The translations under genes were made by a program, and so were the position numbers. A stretch of 38,586 nucleotides of DNA from Promethearchaeota archaeon (GTDB lineage: Archaea; Asgardarchaeota; Lokiarchaeia; Sigyniarchaeales; SOKP01): contig SHMW01000034.1 in assembly GCA_008080735.1 (NCBI GenBank), positions 1-38,586 of the forward strand, read 5' to 3'. This document shows positions 1 to 9,344 of this stretch, one piece after another (the first letter of the stretch is position 1; each line of letters opens with the position of its first letter). The notes under the pieces were generated by a model. It had not been told where the DNA came from. It ran no database searches and was given only the letters and a program-made list of their open reading frames with translations.

Positions 1-88
1 AATTATATTATATTTTATATCTTATATATATATTATTATACAAGATATACATTCCCACTTAAGAAATGTTATTACCCTATGCATAAAC

Positions 89-2155
89 TTAGAAGTATTG
101 GGAAGTTAAAGTGGAAATTTGACCTAAAAGATCGGGTTTTTGTATATTGCTTTCATAAAATGTCTTTATCTGGGAAAAAATTGTGGAGAACGGAACCTCC
201 GGTTGTTTAATAAATGGTGTGAGGTTAAAGTATGGGGTAGGGAATATAAACTCGAAATTCGGAACCCACTCATCAGAGATGAGCATATTATATATTTCAT
301 AATGTTGGTTTTGGATTTGTTGGTCCAATTCTGACAAATATAGCATACGAACTAAAGCTTCTGATAGTTTTTGAAAATAAGAGATATATTCATTGCGCAT
401 AGATGGAGCAGTCTTTTCGCGTAAATTGTTAGAATGCTGAATATCATAATTGTATTGAGTGAGAAATTGTAATATTTTGCTTACCGCAGCTACCGATTTG
501 GGAAGTGAATGGGGCATTGGCAAGGTTTTAATAAAACTACCGTTAAAGCGGAGATATCCTTGCGACATATGAAGCGTACTGTATAGACTTTTAAACAGAG
601 AGTCAATAAAGTGTGAATTTAGAATTGCTAGAAGAGCGAATAATTCATTAGTGGAAAGGGAGGGAATTCGTATAAAATATAGACCCGTGATATTTGTGAA
701 AATTCCCGGATCGTAAGCACAAGTTAAATCTTTCGCAATTTCTCGAAAAATTAATTTTTGCGTTGAGATTATTTCCATCTTGGATTTATTTTCCACGGGA
801 GTATGAAAATAGCTCACGGGTAATGAATGATTTGCGATTCGGATTTTTTTGTGGAATTTATAGTAGAATTTTCCAACATTCCCGGTACCGAGAAGAATTA
901 GGTCATCTTCGGACTGGTTTTTCTCATCCGCGCATTTGTAATATTTTCCATAATTTGTGAAAGCGTAAGGGCGATAAATTATCTGTAAATCACTAAATTT
1001 TCCTTCCATAGTCTCAAAATGAGAAAAGAGGGAATTTATCAAGTTAATATCACCTTTGAGAGGTATAACCCTATCTGGTAAGGAATATAATTGTTCTTGG
1101 GTGATGCTTTGTCTATTGGAATTAGTTAAATCCGTCAGTTTTTTAATACTATCATAAGTTTGAATCGTTATTTTACTTTCCTTCGTAGGCGGAGTATTAA
1201 AAAGAGTCAAAATAATAGGATAGACTGAATGAGTAGAGAAGATTTGTAACGAGGAGATATTTAATATCTGGGTGATATGGGCATTTTTCATGAGCAAATT
1301 TCGAATTTTAACTCCATAATTAGAGGATAAAAACTTATTTGTGATAATAAAGCAAAGAATTCCATAATCTTGTTTCAAAATACGTAAAGATTGTTCTATA
1401 AATACAATAGACAAGTCAAATAACTTATATGCGGATTCAAAGGATCTATAAAGCTTTTGTTTATATGATTTATTCATTGTTTTATTGTCAACATAAGGGG
1501 GATTTCCAATGATAATATTGAATTTAAATTTCGGACGGTAATTCAGGAGAAAATCGTGGTCTAAGATGTTGAACTTGATGCCTAGATCATTGATGGAGGC
1601 GCCGATCCTATCTAAATCTTTGAGGTTTGGGGTTTTAAACTTATTTAAAACATCGCTTTTATTGGGTATATCTTCGAGCAACCATATAAATAGACGTATT
1701 TTTGATATAATACACGCATTTTTATCAAAATCTATACCATATAAATTATCCTCTATGATTTGTGTTTTTAAAGTCCACCTGTCAGTCTTCGGAAATAATA
1801 CACAATAAAAAGTGAGTAATAATTCTGCTAATTGAATTAAAAATCTGCCCGAACCGCAAGATGGGTCTAAAATTAAGATATTTCGCACTTGGTCTCGTAA
1901 TAAGGTTTTATCGGTTTGCTTCTTAGTTATAGTTTTGAGAAAAGGCTCAATAGATTTTAATAAATTTTTACCGAGTTGTATGTTAAAGAATTGGTTAAAA
2001 TATTTAATGAACGTATCAGTGACCATTAATTTGACGATCTCTGTAGGAGTATATACCGACCCAGTTTTTTTAGGAGCAGAATCTTTATCAAATTTCTTTA
2101 ATTCAAACGTTTTTATTAGATTCTCGAAATGATGTATTTTTTGATTCCTATTCAC
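89..2155 (-). CDS. N6-adenine DNA methyltransferase (gamma class, Eco57I/TaqI-like), no nuclease domain evident
   Basis: Motif X GSVYTP, motif I ILDPSCGSGRF, NLYGID, motif IV IIGNPPY; TaqI_C-like C-terminal region (KLIFREIA...LLAILNS...GYLRF); GTG start. Confidence 0.88.
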   Translation of the reverse strand: MNRNQKIHHFENLIKTFELKKFDKDSAPKKTGSVYTPTEIVKLMVTDTFIKYFNQFFNIQLGKNLLKSIEPFLKTITKKQTDKTLLRDQVRNILILDPSCGSGRFLIQLAELLLTFYCVLFPKTDRWTLKTQIIEDNLYGIDFDKNACIISKIRLFIWLLEDIPNKSDVLNKFKTPNLKDLDRIGASINDLGIKFNILDHDFLLNYRPKFKFNIIIGNPPYVDNKTMNKSYKQKLYRSFESAYKLFDLSIVFIEQSLRILKQDYGILCFIITNKFLSSNYGVKIRNLLMKNAHITQILNISSLQIFSTHSVYPIILTLFNTPPTKESKITIQTYDSIKKLTDLTNSNRQSITQEQLYSLPDRVIPLKGDINLINSLFSHFETMEGKFSDLQIIYRPYAFTNYGKYYKCADEKNQSEDDLILLGTGNVGKFYYKFHKKIRIANHSLPVSYFHTPVENKSKMEIISTQKLIFREIAKDLTCAYDPGIFTNITGLYFIRIPSLSTNELFALLAILNSHFIDSLFKSLYSTLHMSQGYLRFNGSFIKTLPMPHSLPKSVAAVSKILQFLTQYNYDIQHSNNLREKTAPSMRNEYISYFQKLSEALVRMLYLSELDQQIQNQHYEIYNMLISDEWVPNFEFIFPTPYFNLTPFIKQPEVPFSTIFSQIKTFYESNIQKPDLLGQISTLTSQYF

Positions 2156-2307
2156 ATCAATTATAATTCCTTTTCCATTGAATATTTTATGAGTTTATTA
2201 AAGATTTTATTCCCTAATAAAGCTGAGTAATGTGAGTAGAATTTAAAATATTAAACGCAAATTTAATAAATTTAGCTTTAACAAGTGATAATAGGTGTTG
2301 ATGGATA

Positions 2308-3198
2308 ATGGTTGAAAAATCTTTCTTACAAAAAATTATGAAATCTCCTGAAAGGATCTCTCAATTTGGATTTAATAAAATTTCGTCCATACTGAAGGAC
2401 GCAAAAGCACTATTTGAAGAAGAATCACTCATATTAAATCTATATGCCCCAGATTCTGATGTATTTGTAATCGGGGATCTGCATGGAAATCTTGAATCTT
2501 TACAAAGGATTCATGCGATAATTCAAGAAAAAAACCCAAAGTATGTAGTTTTTTTGGGAGATATTGTAGATCGCGGTTCATACCAAATAGAATGCCTTGG
2601 ATTCGTCTTGTCTTTAAAAATTTTAGAGCCTGATAAATATTTTATACTTAGGGGCAACCACGAAACTCTTCAAATGAATAAATATTATGGATTTTATCAA
2701 GATTTTAATATGAGATTTGGTCAAGAAGGGGACTTTACTGAGATCTTATCTCTATATAATCTATTGCCTATATGTGCCATTATAAACGATTCCACCTTAT
2801 GCCTACATGGAGGAATCCCAGAAAATATGGAAATTTTAGATCAAATACATGATTTAAAACAAAAAGAGCTGAATTATAATCCCTCGGGTTCAGTAGAGGA
2901 GGGTATCTTTCAAATGCTATGGAACGACCCCAAGGAGGGTCTCTCGGGTTTCATGAACAGTTTTAGGGGAGAAGGGATTAAATTCTTCGGAGGGGATGTT
3001 CTTGGAAAATTTTTGGATAAGTATGAGTTAAAATCTGTCATCCGTGCCCATGAAGTATTTCCGGCAGGATATAAATGGTTTTTTGAAGGAAGACTCCTCT
3101 CTATTTTCTCTTCATCCAATTATAGAGGTCAAGGTTCAAATGTTGCCGCCTATGCCAGAATTGAAGGGGACAAAATTTTTACAGAAATTATTGAATGA
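2308..3198 (+). CDS. Ser/Thr protein phosphatase, PPP family (PP1/PP2A-like)
   Basis: GDLHG, GDIVDRG, RGNHE, HGG, LWNDP, RAHE and FSSSNY motifs. Confidence 0.93.
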   Translation: MVEKSFLQKIMKSPERISQFGFNKISSILKDAKALFEEESLILNLYAPDSDVFVIGDLHGNLESLQRIHAIIQEKNPKYVVFLGDIVDRGSYQIECLGFVLSLKILEPDKYFILRGNHETLQMNKYYGFYQDFNMRFGQEGDFTEILSLYNLLPICAIINDSTLCLHGGIPENMEILDQIHDLKQKELNYNPSGSVEEGIFQMLWNDPKEGLSGFMNSFRGEGIKFFGGDVLGKFLDKYELKSVIRAHEVFPAGYKWFFEGRLLSIFSSSNYRGQGSNVAAYARIEGDKIFTEIIE

Positions 3199-3236
3199 TT
3201 TAATAGTTACCATAATAAAGTGCTAATCTAGCGTAT

Positions 3237-3662
3237 TCATTTTACTAATTCCGGAAATTTTTCTATGATCTCGAGATGCTTTGCTATTTCTTGTTTCCAT
3301 CTATCAGATTTGTCCATATCTAGGGCCAAATCTTCCCGCTTTATAGTTGATTCCGTTGGAACATATATAAACGCTTGGAATTTACTCCCATCCTTCAGTT
3401 CTATAACGGTTTTTACCCGTTTATATAATCCAGAAGGGACTCCTTCATAATAGTCCAGTTTTCTTAATTCTTCTTGATTTACATCAAATTTAAGAGCCCA
3501 AAAAGAAGAGTCTGGATCTGGCAGAACATAGGGAAACCAATTTCCTTTGGGAAATATCCGTTTAAAGCCAATTACACGACAAACCATCACATTTGATTTG
3601 TTTTTCCAATATCCTTTGGTAATAAACGTACCATATCCAACTACGGAAATGTTCTCAGACAT
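3237..3662 (-). CDS. Gamma-glutamylcyclotransferase (AIG2-like) family protein
   Basis: N-terminal VGYGT, catalytic LDYYEG, YKR, AFIYV. Confidence 0.85.
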   Translation of the reverse strand: MSENISVVGYGTFITKGYWKNKSNVMVCRVIGFKRIFPKGNWFPYVLPDPDSSFWALKFDVNQEELRKLDYYEGVPSGLYKRVKTVIELKDGSKFQAFIYVPTESTIKREDLALDMDKSDRWKQEIAKHLEIIEKFPELVK

Positions 3663-3741
3663 CTATGAAATCACTAAATAAGTTAAAAATTAGAAAATGA
3701 TAACTTGAAACTAATAGAAGCGAGGTAGAAAGATATGAATT

Positions 3742-3990
3742 TTAAATTAATTCGCTCGCATCGGGCTTAATAAACAAAAGATTGTTGCCTCTAATGAAGA
3801 TTTCACTGTATTTAGCCACTGGACTTCCATCAAGGATCTCAGTGGCGTCTTCAAGGATCATATTCATATATGCATCGATTTCCTTTAGTAATCCTCTATA
3901 TTCTGTACCATCCTTTAAACGTAGTAGAATCTCTGAATTTTGAGCATTCTGTAATATTGTGAGCGGATTTTTAGATTGCTGTTTCGACAT
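3742..3990 (-). CDS. Sm-like (LSm/SmAP) RNA-binding protein
   Basis: Sm1 motif YRGLLKEIDAYMNMILED and Sm2 motif IFIRGNN. Confidence 0.95.
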   Translation of the reverse strand: MSKQQSKNPLTILQNAQNSEILLRLKDGTEYRGLLKEIDAYMNMILEDATEILDGSPVAKYSEIFIRGNNLLFIKPDASELI

Positions 3991-4109
3991 TTTAATTTAA
4001 ACCTTCAATAAATAAATTTCTTGTAATATACTTAAAGTTAATTATAAGAATAATTTTAATTTAATCCTATTAAATCTTAATACCATTAAAATTTATTGGT
4101 CTTGACAAA

Positions 4110-4718
4110 TTGAAAAAGGAACGCACAAAGAAAAAAAAAGGAATTAAAGAAAAATATAATGCTACTTCTTTTTTTTACGATAAAAGATATGGAAACATTC
4201 AATTTCAAAAATATGACGAAATAATTTACCCAGAAGATTTGGAAAAGACACTTATTTTTGATGCAGGATGTGGCACGGGTTTACTCTCGGAATATTTCCA
4301 AAAGATGTTTGATTCAGTAGATCAAATGAATTTTAAATATGTTGGTGTAGACATTTCAATCCAGATGATGCAAAACTTTATGAAAAAACTAAATAAGATT
4401 CAGAAAAAAGTCTCCAACAAATATAATCTTATTTTAGCAGATTTAGAAAATCTCCCTATACGTAAAAACAGCTTTAATCTGTTAATTTCCATTACCTCTT
4501 ATCAAAATTTACCAGATATAAGGAAAGGATTCGAAGAATCTTTAGAAATTTTAAAGAATAACTCATTGATGATAATTTCAATATTAAGAAAAAAATTAGA
4601 AAAAGAGAACCTAATATCATTTTTTGAGGATAAAATGGAAATTCTTAAGGTCATAGATGAACAAAGGATTGAAGATATCATCATTAAAGGATTAAAAATA
4701 ATAAAGAGTCCATTTTAA
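4110..4718 (+). CDS. Class I SAM-dependent methyltransferase
   Basis: FDAGCGTG, VGVDIS, ADLENLP; TTG start. Confidence 0.88.
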   Translation: MKKERTKKKKGIKEKYNATSFFYDKRYGNIQFQKYDEIIYPEDLEKTLIFDAGCGTGLLSEYFQKMFDSVDQMNFKYVGVDISIQMMQNFMKKLNKIQKKVSNKYNLILADLENLPIRKNSFNLLISITSYQNLPDIRKGFEESLEILKNNSLMIISILRKKLEKENLISFFEDKMEILKVIDEQRIEDIIIKGLKIIKSPF

Positions 4719-4733
4719 AAACTACTAATCTGT

Positions 4734-5612
4734 CTATTCTTTTAAAAATGATTCTAAAATCTCGCCTGTATCACATTCAATATGATATTTCTTTCGAAAA
4801 TAATCGCAAATATTTTTTATATCTCGTCTTAAAATCCTAATAGCGTTGGGATGATCAGCCGAAACAGATTGTAACCAATCGATTATTAATATATTGCCAT
4901 CTTTATCAGCAACAATATTAAATTCTCCCATATCACCATGAATAAGGTCAGCTTTTTGATATATTAGCCGCATCTGCTTGATTATTTCTTGAAAAATGTA
5001 TTCTGGATCGTCAATATCCTTATAATAGGCGAGTTCTTTTCCACGTAGATATTCCATTACGATGACGTGCCTGTTATAATCTATTGGTTTCGGAGTTTTT
5101 AGATTGATATCGTAAATCTTGCTTAACGCATTATATTCCCGTTTTGCCGCTAAACGATTCACGTATAACCAAGATAAATGAGTTCTATTCCCAATGATAT
5201 TACGATAACGTTTTATATTTCGGAAAGAAGTCCGCCCCATTCTGTAAATCTTTAGGGCGAAAATATTTTCCTCATCGTCCATACAACTGTATACGTCTGA
5301 TTCCTTTCCTTTTCCTAGAAGCGGACCAAGCTGGCTAATTATCTCTTTTTCAACAAGAGTATGAAGAGCCAATACATCATACCCAATAGAATTCAATTTA
5401 TAGGACACGACATATTGAGCCGCATTTCTAATCGTGAGGCCAATTTTATGAACTTTTTTTAATCTGTATAGCGTCTCCTCCATAGGATACCTCGAATAAA
5501 AACGGATATCACTCACTTTAACATATTCTGACTTTTTCATTCCTTGTTCGATTGCCATCAGAATTCTAAAATCTTCTTTTTCAAGGTCTGGGAGGAGTCT
5601 ACCCGCTTCCAT
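4734..5612 (-). CDS. rio2: RIO2 atypical Ser/Thr kinase
   Basis: N-terminal winged helix (DFRILMAIEQGMK), GKGKESDVY, GRTSFR, IHGDMGEFNI, IIDW. Confidence 0.93.
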   Translation of the reverse strand: MEAGRLLPDLEKEDFRILMAIEQGMKKSEYVKVSDIRFYSRYPMEETLYRLKKVHKIGLTIRNAAQYVVSYKLNSIGYDVLALHTLVEKEIISQLGPLLGKGKESDVYSCMDDEENIFALKIYRMGRTSFRNIKRYRNIIGNRTHLSWLYVNRLAAKREYNALSKIYDINLKTPKPIDYNRHVIVMEYLRGKELAYYKDIDDPEYIFQEIIKQMRLIYQKADLIHGDMGEFNIVADKDGNILIIDWLQSVSADHPNAIRILRRDIKNICDYFRKKYHIECDTGEILESFLKE

Positions 5613-5685
5613 TTAATCTCACTTCAAGTAATTTAATAAAAGAATTTGAGAGAAATTAAATCTTTCATAAATAAATAAAAATCAG

Positions 5686-6477
5686 TTAATTTGGGATAAA
5701 AATATATTTTTTATAGGTTTTAGAGAATGAAACTGTCTCATAGACAATTGGAATAGTCTCAATGAGTAATGCCATCAAATTTAATATTATAAAAAAGATA
5801 AAATCAGATTTCGGGATTAAAAACAAAATATCAGTAGAACCTTCCTGAAATAAAAAGAGGAATATTCCCTGGCTAATATAAAGTAAGATCCCAATATCAA
5901 TACTTATAACTATGATACTCAAAATAATTAGCCAAAAATCTTTCTCGTAAAATGCAATTAGAAGGTTAATAGAAAAAAGGATGAGGGTTGAAATCGTAAT
6001 TATTCTATACACAAACAACATAAAGAAATAATTGGTGGAAGATATTTGATAGCTAGATGTGTTTGAGGGAAGGAATAAAAGACTTGCTATATAAAATATG
6101 GATAAAATCTTCAAAAAAGAACTGATTGTAATTATAGCAAAAGTTATCCTTATTGTCGAAAATTTGCTATATTTTAATTTTCCCCTCTTTTTGTTTTCTT
6201 TGGCAAGTTCCAACATATTTTCGATTTGATTCGTTATTTCGGAGGGAAATTTGTTTTGATTCTCAATAATATTCCAATTTTTATCGCTATTTTCTGATAA
6301 TAAAGAGAATAATTGAGCTTCAGCCTTTCTCTTTCTGGCCCTTTTTATATTCGGCCCCTCCCAGATATAAATTTTTTCATGCTCCGTATCAATAAAAGCA
6401 CATATATCATGAAAAAGAAGGATCTGAGTTTCTTCTATCCATCTATTCTCTTCATTATAAATAAATATTTTAAGCAT
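5686..6477 (-). CDS. Membrane protein with N-terminal gelsolin-like domain and about 4 transmembrane helices
   Basis: LLFHDICAFIDTEHEKIYIWEGPN...K..A resembles the gelsolin repeat pattern D.FILD....IY.W.G followed by a long helix; hydrophobic segments at about aa 110-245. The domain call is by eye. Confidence 0.6.
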   Translation of the reverse strand: MLKIFIYNEENRWIEETQILLFHDICAFIDTEHEKIYIWEGPNIKRARKRKAEAQLFSLLSENSDKNWNIIENQNKFPSEITNQIENMLELAKENKKRGKLKYSKFSTIRITFAIITISSFLKILSIFYIASLLFLPSNTSSYQISSTNYFFMLFVYRIITISTLILFSINLLIAFYEKDFWLIILSIIVISIDIGILLYISQGIFLFLFQEGSTDILFLIPKSDFIFFIILNLMALLIETIPIVYETVSFSKTYKKYIFIPN

Positions 6478-6588
6478 AAGGTCATTTCTATAAAATTTTA
6501 CTAATTAAAATGCTTTTCTAACAAGTTACAACTCAAAAAAACAATAGAAACAAATAAATAAAAAAAGTAAGCTAGGAAAAAATTAATA

Positions 6589-7485
6589 TTAATCTTCTAT
6601 TCTATCCTTCAATTCTTCCCATAGTTGATTTACATACTGCTTATATTGTTGAATTTCCTCTTCCTTTATCCCAGCAAATCGTTTTTGTGTTTTAAGATAT
6701 TCCCTTATAGGTGTTCTATTTTCCTTATCTAAATATTTCTTACTTTTCTTAGATAAAGTAAATTTACCGTTCTCAACTTCATAGAGAGGCCAAAAACCCG
6801 TTTCCACAGCTAGTCTGCCAATACTTATAGTGTCCTTAGGGTCATATCCCCATCCTGGAGGACAAGGCGCTAAAATATGAATATATTTCGTTCCTTGAAT
6901 GGTTTTCGCTTTTTGGAATTTTTCATAGAGATCGAAGGGATATGATGCGCAAGCAGTGGCAACATACGGAATTCCATGGGCTTCTAGGATCTTTGGCATA
7001 TTTTTTTTATGCCCTAATTTTCCGTCTGGTGTTGTTGTGCTGAACGCGCCCAAAGGAGTAGATCCACTTCGTTGGACCCCAGTATTCATATAAGCTTCAT
7101 TATCATAACATGCATATATAAAATTAGTTCCTCGTTCCGCAGCTCCACTTAGTGCTTGTATCCCAATATCGGTAGTTCCACCATCTCCTGCGAAGGCGAC
7201 TGTACAGATTTCTTTATCTAAGCCTTTATCTTCTAGGGAAGCGATAATACCAGAAGCTGACGCCCCAGTCGTCGCAAATGGAGTGTGTAAAACTGAAAGC
7301 TTTGTGGAACAGAATCCTTGCATTCCGTGTAATACGGTCAAACAAGAAGCAGGGACTGTAAGGATTGTATTAGGTCCCAATGCTTTTAAGGCAATTCGAT
7401 ATATTAATGCCATTCCGCATCCCGCACAAGCTCGTGTTCCAGGATAAATAAATTCTTCTTCTCTAAGATCCATAACATTTACCAT
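6589..7485 (-). CDS. porB: Pyruvate/2-ketoisovalerate:ferredoxin oxidoreductase beta subunit (TPP-binding)
   Basis: ACAGCG, GDGG...DNEAYMNTG, APCPPGW; start at 7485 preferred (alternative 7497). Confidence 0.92.
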   Translation of the reverse strand: MVNVMDLREEEFIYPGTRACAGCGMALIYRIALKALGPNTILTVPASCLTVLHGMQGFCSTKLSVLHTPFATTGASASGIIASLEDKGLDKEICTVAFAGDGGTTDIGIQALSGAAERGTNFIYACYDNEAYMNTGVQRSGSTPLGAFSTTTPDGKLGHKKNMPKILEAHGIPYVATACASYPFDLYEKFQKAKTIQGTKYIHILAPCPPGWGYDPKDTISIGRLAVETGFWPLYEVENGKFTLSKKSKKYLDKENRTPIREYLKTQKRFAGIKEEEIQQYKQYVNQLWEELKDRIED

Positions 7486-7486
7486 T

Positions 7487-8767
7487 TTAACTCTCATCCC
7501 CTTTTTTTAGAAAATCTAATTCGTCTAATTTTAATCCAATAAATTCTGTTTTACTTGAAAATTCCCTATTTTCGGCGTATTTTAGTCCTTGGTTCACTCC
7601 ATAGATAATTTGGTCATCACTCACGTTTCTCCCACCTAAACCAATCACGAATCCTTTAATAAAGGGTGGATGATCAATGCCATATAATGCTGCTTTTAAT
7701 TCATATGCAAGAACGCCTTCATGTCCATAGCCAATATCCCTATCAAAGACAATTATATTGTCAAATTGCTTGAAATATTCTCGTAGTTCTGAGACCGGGA
7801 ATGGTCTAAATAATTTTAAGCTTACTAGACCAATTTTCAGACCATCTTTCCGCATCTTATCAATTGCACTTCTGGATTGGGATGCCACAGACCCCATGGC
7901 AAATATTACAGTATCGGCATCTTCAGTTTTATATTTCTTGTAAACACCATTTCCATAGGATCGACCAAAAGTTTCGGCAAATTCATCATGCACTTCTTTT
8001 ACAATATTAATAGAATTTTCAAGCGCTTTCTGTAGTGAATATCTGAATTCATAATACCCAGGCGCGGTACCCTCTTCTCTCTTAACAATATGAGGTGTGG
8101 TGACTGGGTCGACTCCCTTTACTTGAGAGATGTCTGATAAATTAATATGGTGCTGTAAAGGAGGTAAAAATCCATCAATTGCTTCTTGGGGTTCTAAAGT
8201 AATGGGCATCATAGTGTGACTTAAAATATATCCATCATACCCGACAATAGCAGGCAAAAAAACGCGTGGGTCTTCTGCGATCTTAAATGCTTGAATATTT
8301 GTATCATATATTTCTTGATTATCCTCAACAAACATCTGAATCCAACCGACATCTCGTATGGTCATAAAATCTTGGTGATCTGTCCATACACTCCAGGGAC
8401 CTCCGAGTGCTCTTGTTGCTAAATTGATTACAATTGGTAAACGGTTACCAGATGCCCAAGGAAGCATCTCATACATCAACTCTAATCCATGGGCAGAAGT
8501 TGCAGTTCCAACCCGAGACCCAGTAGCAGAGGCGGCACAGCATACAGCAAGCGCCGAATGTTCCGACTCGACTTTTACGAACCTTGCTTTCATCTTTCCT
8601 TTTGCAATAAAATCCGAGATCTTTTCCACTACCGGACTCTGTGGAGTAATGGGATATGCAGAAATAACGCCTACATTTGCTTGTCGAAATGCATGGGCAG
8701 CTGCATGATTTCCCGTGACAATTTTCGTAATTTTTTTATTTTTGGTCGATTCGATTGTCTGAGTCAT
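7487..8767 (-). CDS. porA: Pyruvate/2-ketoisovalerate:ferredoxin oxidoreductase alpha subunit
   Basis: GNHAAA, AYPITPQS, VESEHSA, FRPFP, GLGGR. Confidence 0.93.
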   Translation of the reverse strand: MTQTIESTKNKKITKIVTGNHAAAHAFRQANVGVISAYPITPQSPVVEKISDFIAKGKMKARFVKVESEHSALAVCCAASATGSRVGTATSAHGLELMYEMLPWASGNRLPIVINLATRALGGPWSVWTDHQDFMTIRDVGWIQMFVEDNQEIYDTNIQAFKIAEDPRVFLPAIVGYDGYILSHTMMPITLEPQEAIDGFLPPLQHHINLSDISQVKGVDPVTTPHIVKREEGTAPGYYEFRYSLQKALENSINIVKEVHDEFAETFGRSYGNGVYKKYKTEDADTVIFAMGSVASQSRSAIDKMRKDGLKIGLVSLKLFRPFPVSELREYFKQFDNIIVFDRDIGYGHEGVLAYELKAALYGIDHPPFIKGFVIGLGGRNVSDDQIIYGVNQGLKYAENREFSSKTEFIGLKLDELDFLKKGDES

Positions 8768-9064
8768 TTATTCTTCCACCCTCTCCATTTTTATCGCATC
8801 TACAGGGCATTCCTCCATACATATTCCACACCCTTTGCAATATTCTAAATTTATTTCAGGAGGGATTGTTCTGGACACGACAGCCTCAGGACAATATAGC
8901 CAACAATTAAAACATGCATACTTTCCCGATTTTGCAGGAATACAAACTTCTAAGTTTATCACTGGTTTTAAAGGAGACCAAGTACCAGTCTTGCCAGCTT
9001 CCCCAATCACTGGTTTCTGTATTGACGATAATATTTTCTGATAATCTTTTTTCGAATCATTCAT
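8768..9064 (-). CDS. porD: 2-oxoacid:ferredoxin oxidoreductase delta subunit (2x[4Fe-4S])
   Basis: KTGTW..KPVI, C-x9-CxxCxxxCP and CKGCGICMEECP; abuts porA. Confidence 0.88.
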   Translation of the reverse strand: MNDSKKDYQKILSSIQKPVIGEAGKTGTWSPLKPVINLEVCIPAKSGKYACFNCWLYCPEAVVSRTIPPEINLEYCKGCGICMEECPVDAIKMERVEE

Positions 9065-9344
9065 TTTAATCGAGTTTTTTCCATTTACTATATTAAAGTA
9101 GGAAAAAATAAAATTGTTTTAGTTTACAAAAATAAGTAATTGAATTATGATCTATTTCTCCTAAAATAAATAGTTTTTATGTATTTCCGTTCTAAGCATG
9201 AATTTTCGTATTTTAAATTACAAAACTTAAAAAAATTTTAAATATTAGTTAAGTAGTTATTAGGGAATAACATATAAGATAAGTGATGGTTTTCTGGATA
9301 CTTTTAAGCAAATATTTGAAAAATTAGAAGAAGTTATTCTAATA

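Noticed and set aside
1-60. TA-rich low-complexity stretch at the window start
   Set aside because: No regular repeat unit or spacer structure; ordinary AT-rich intergenic DNA
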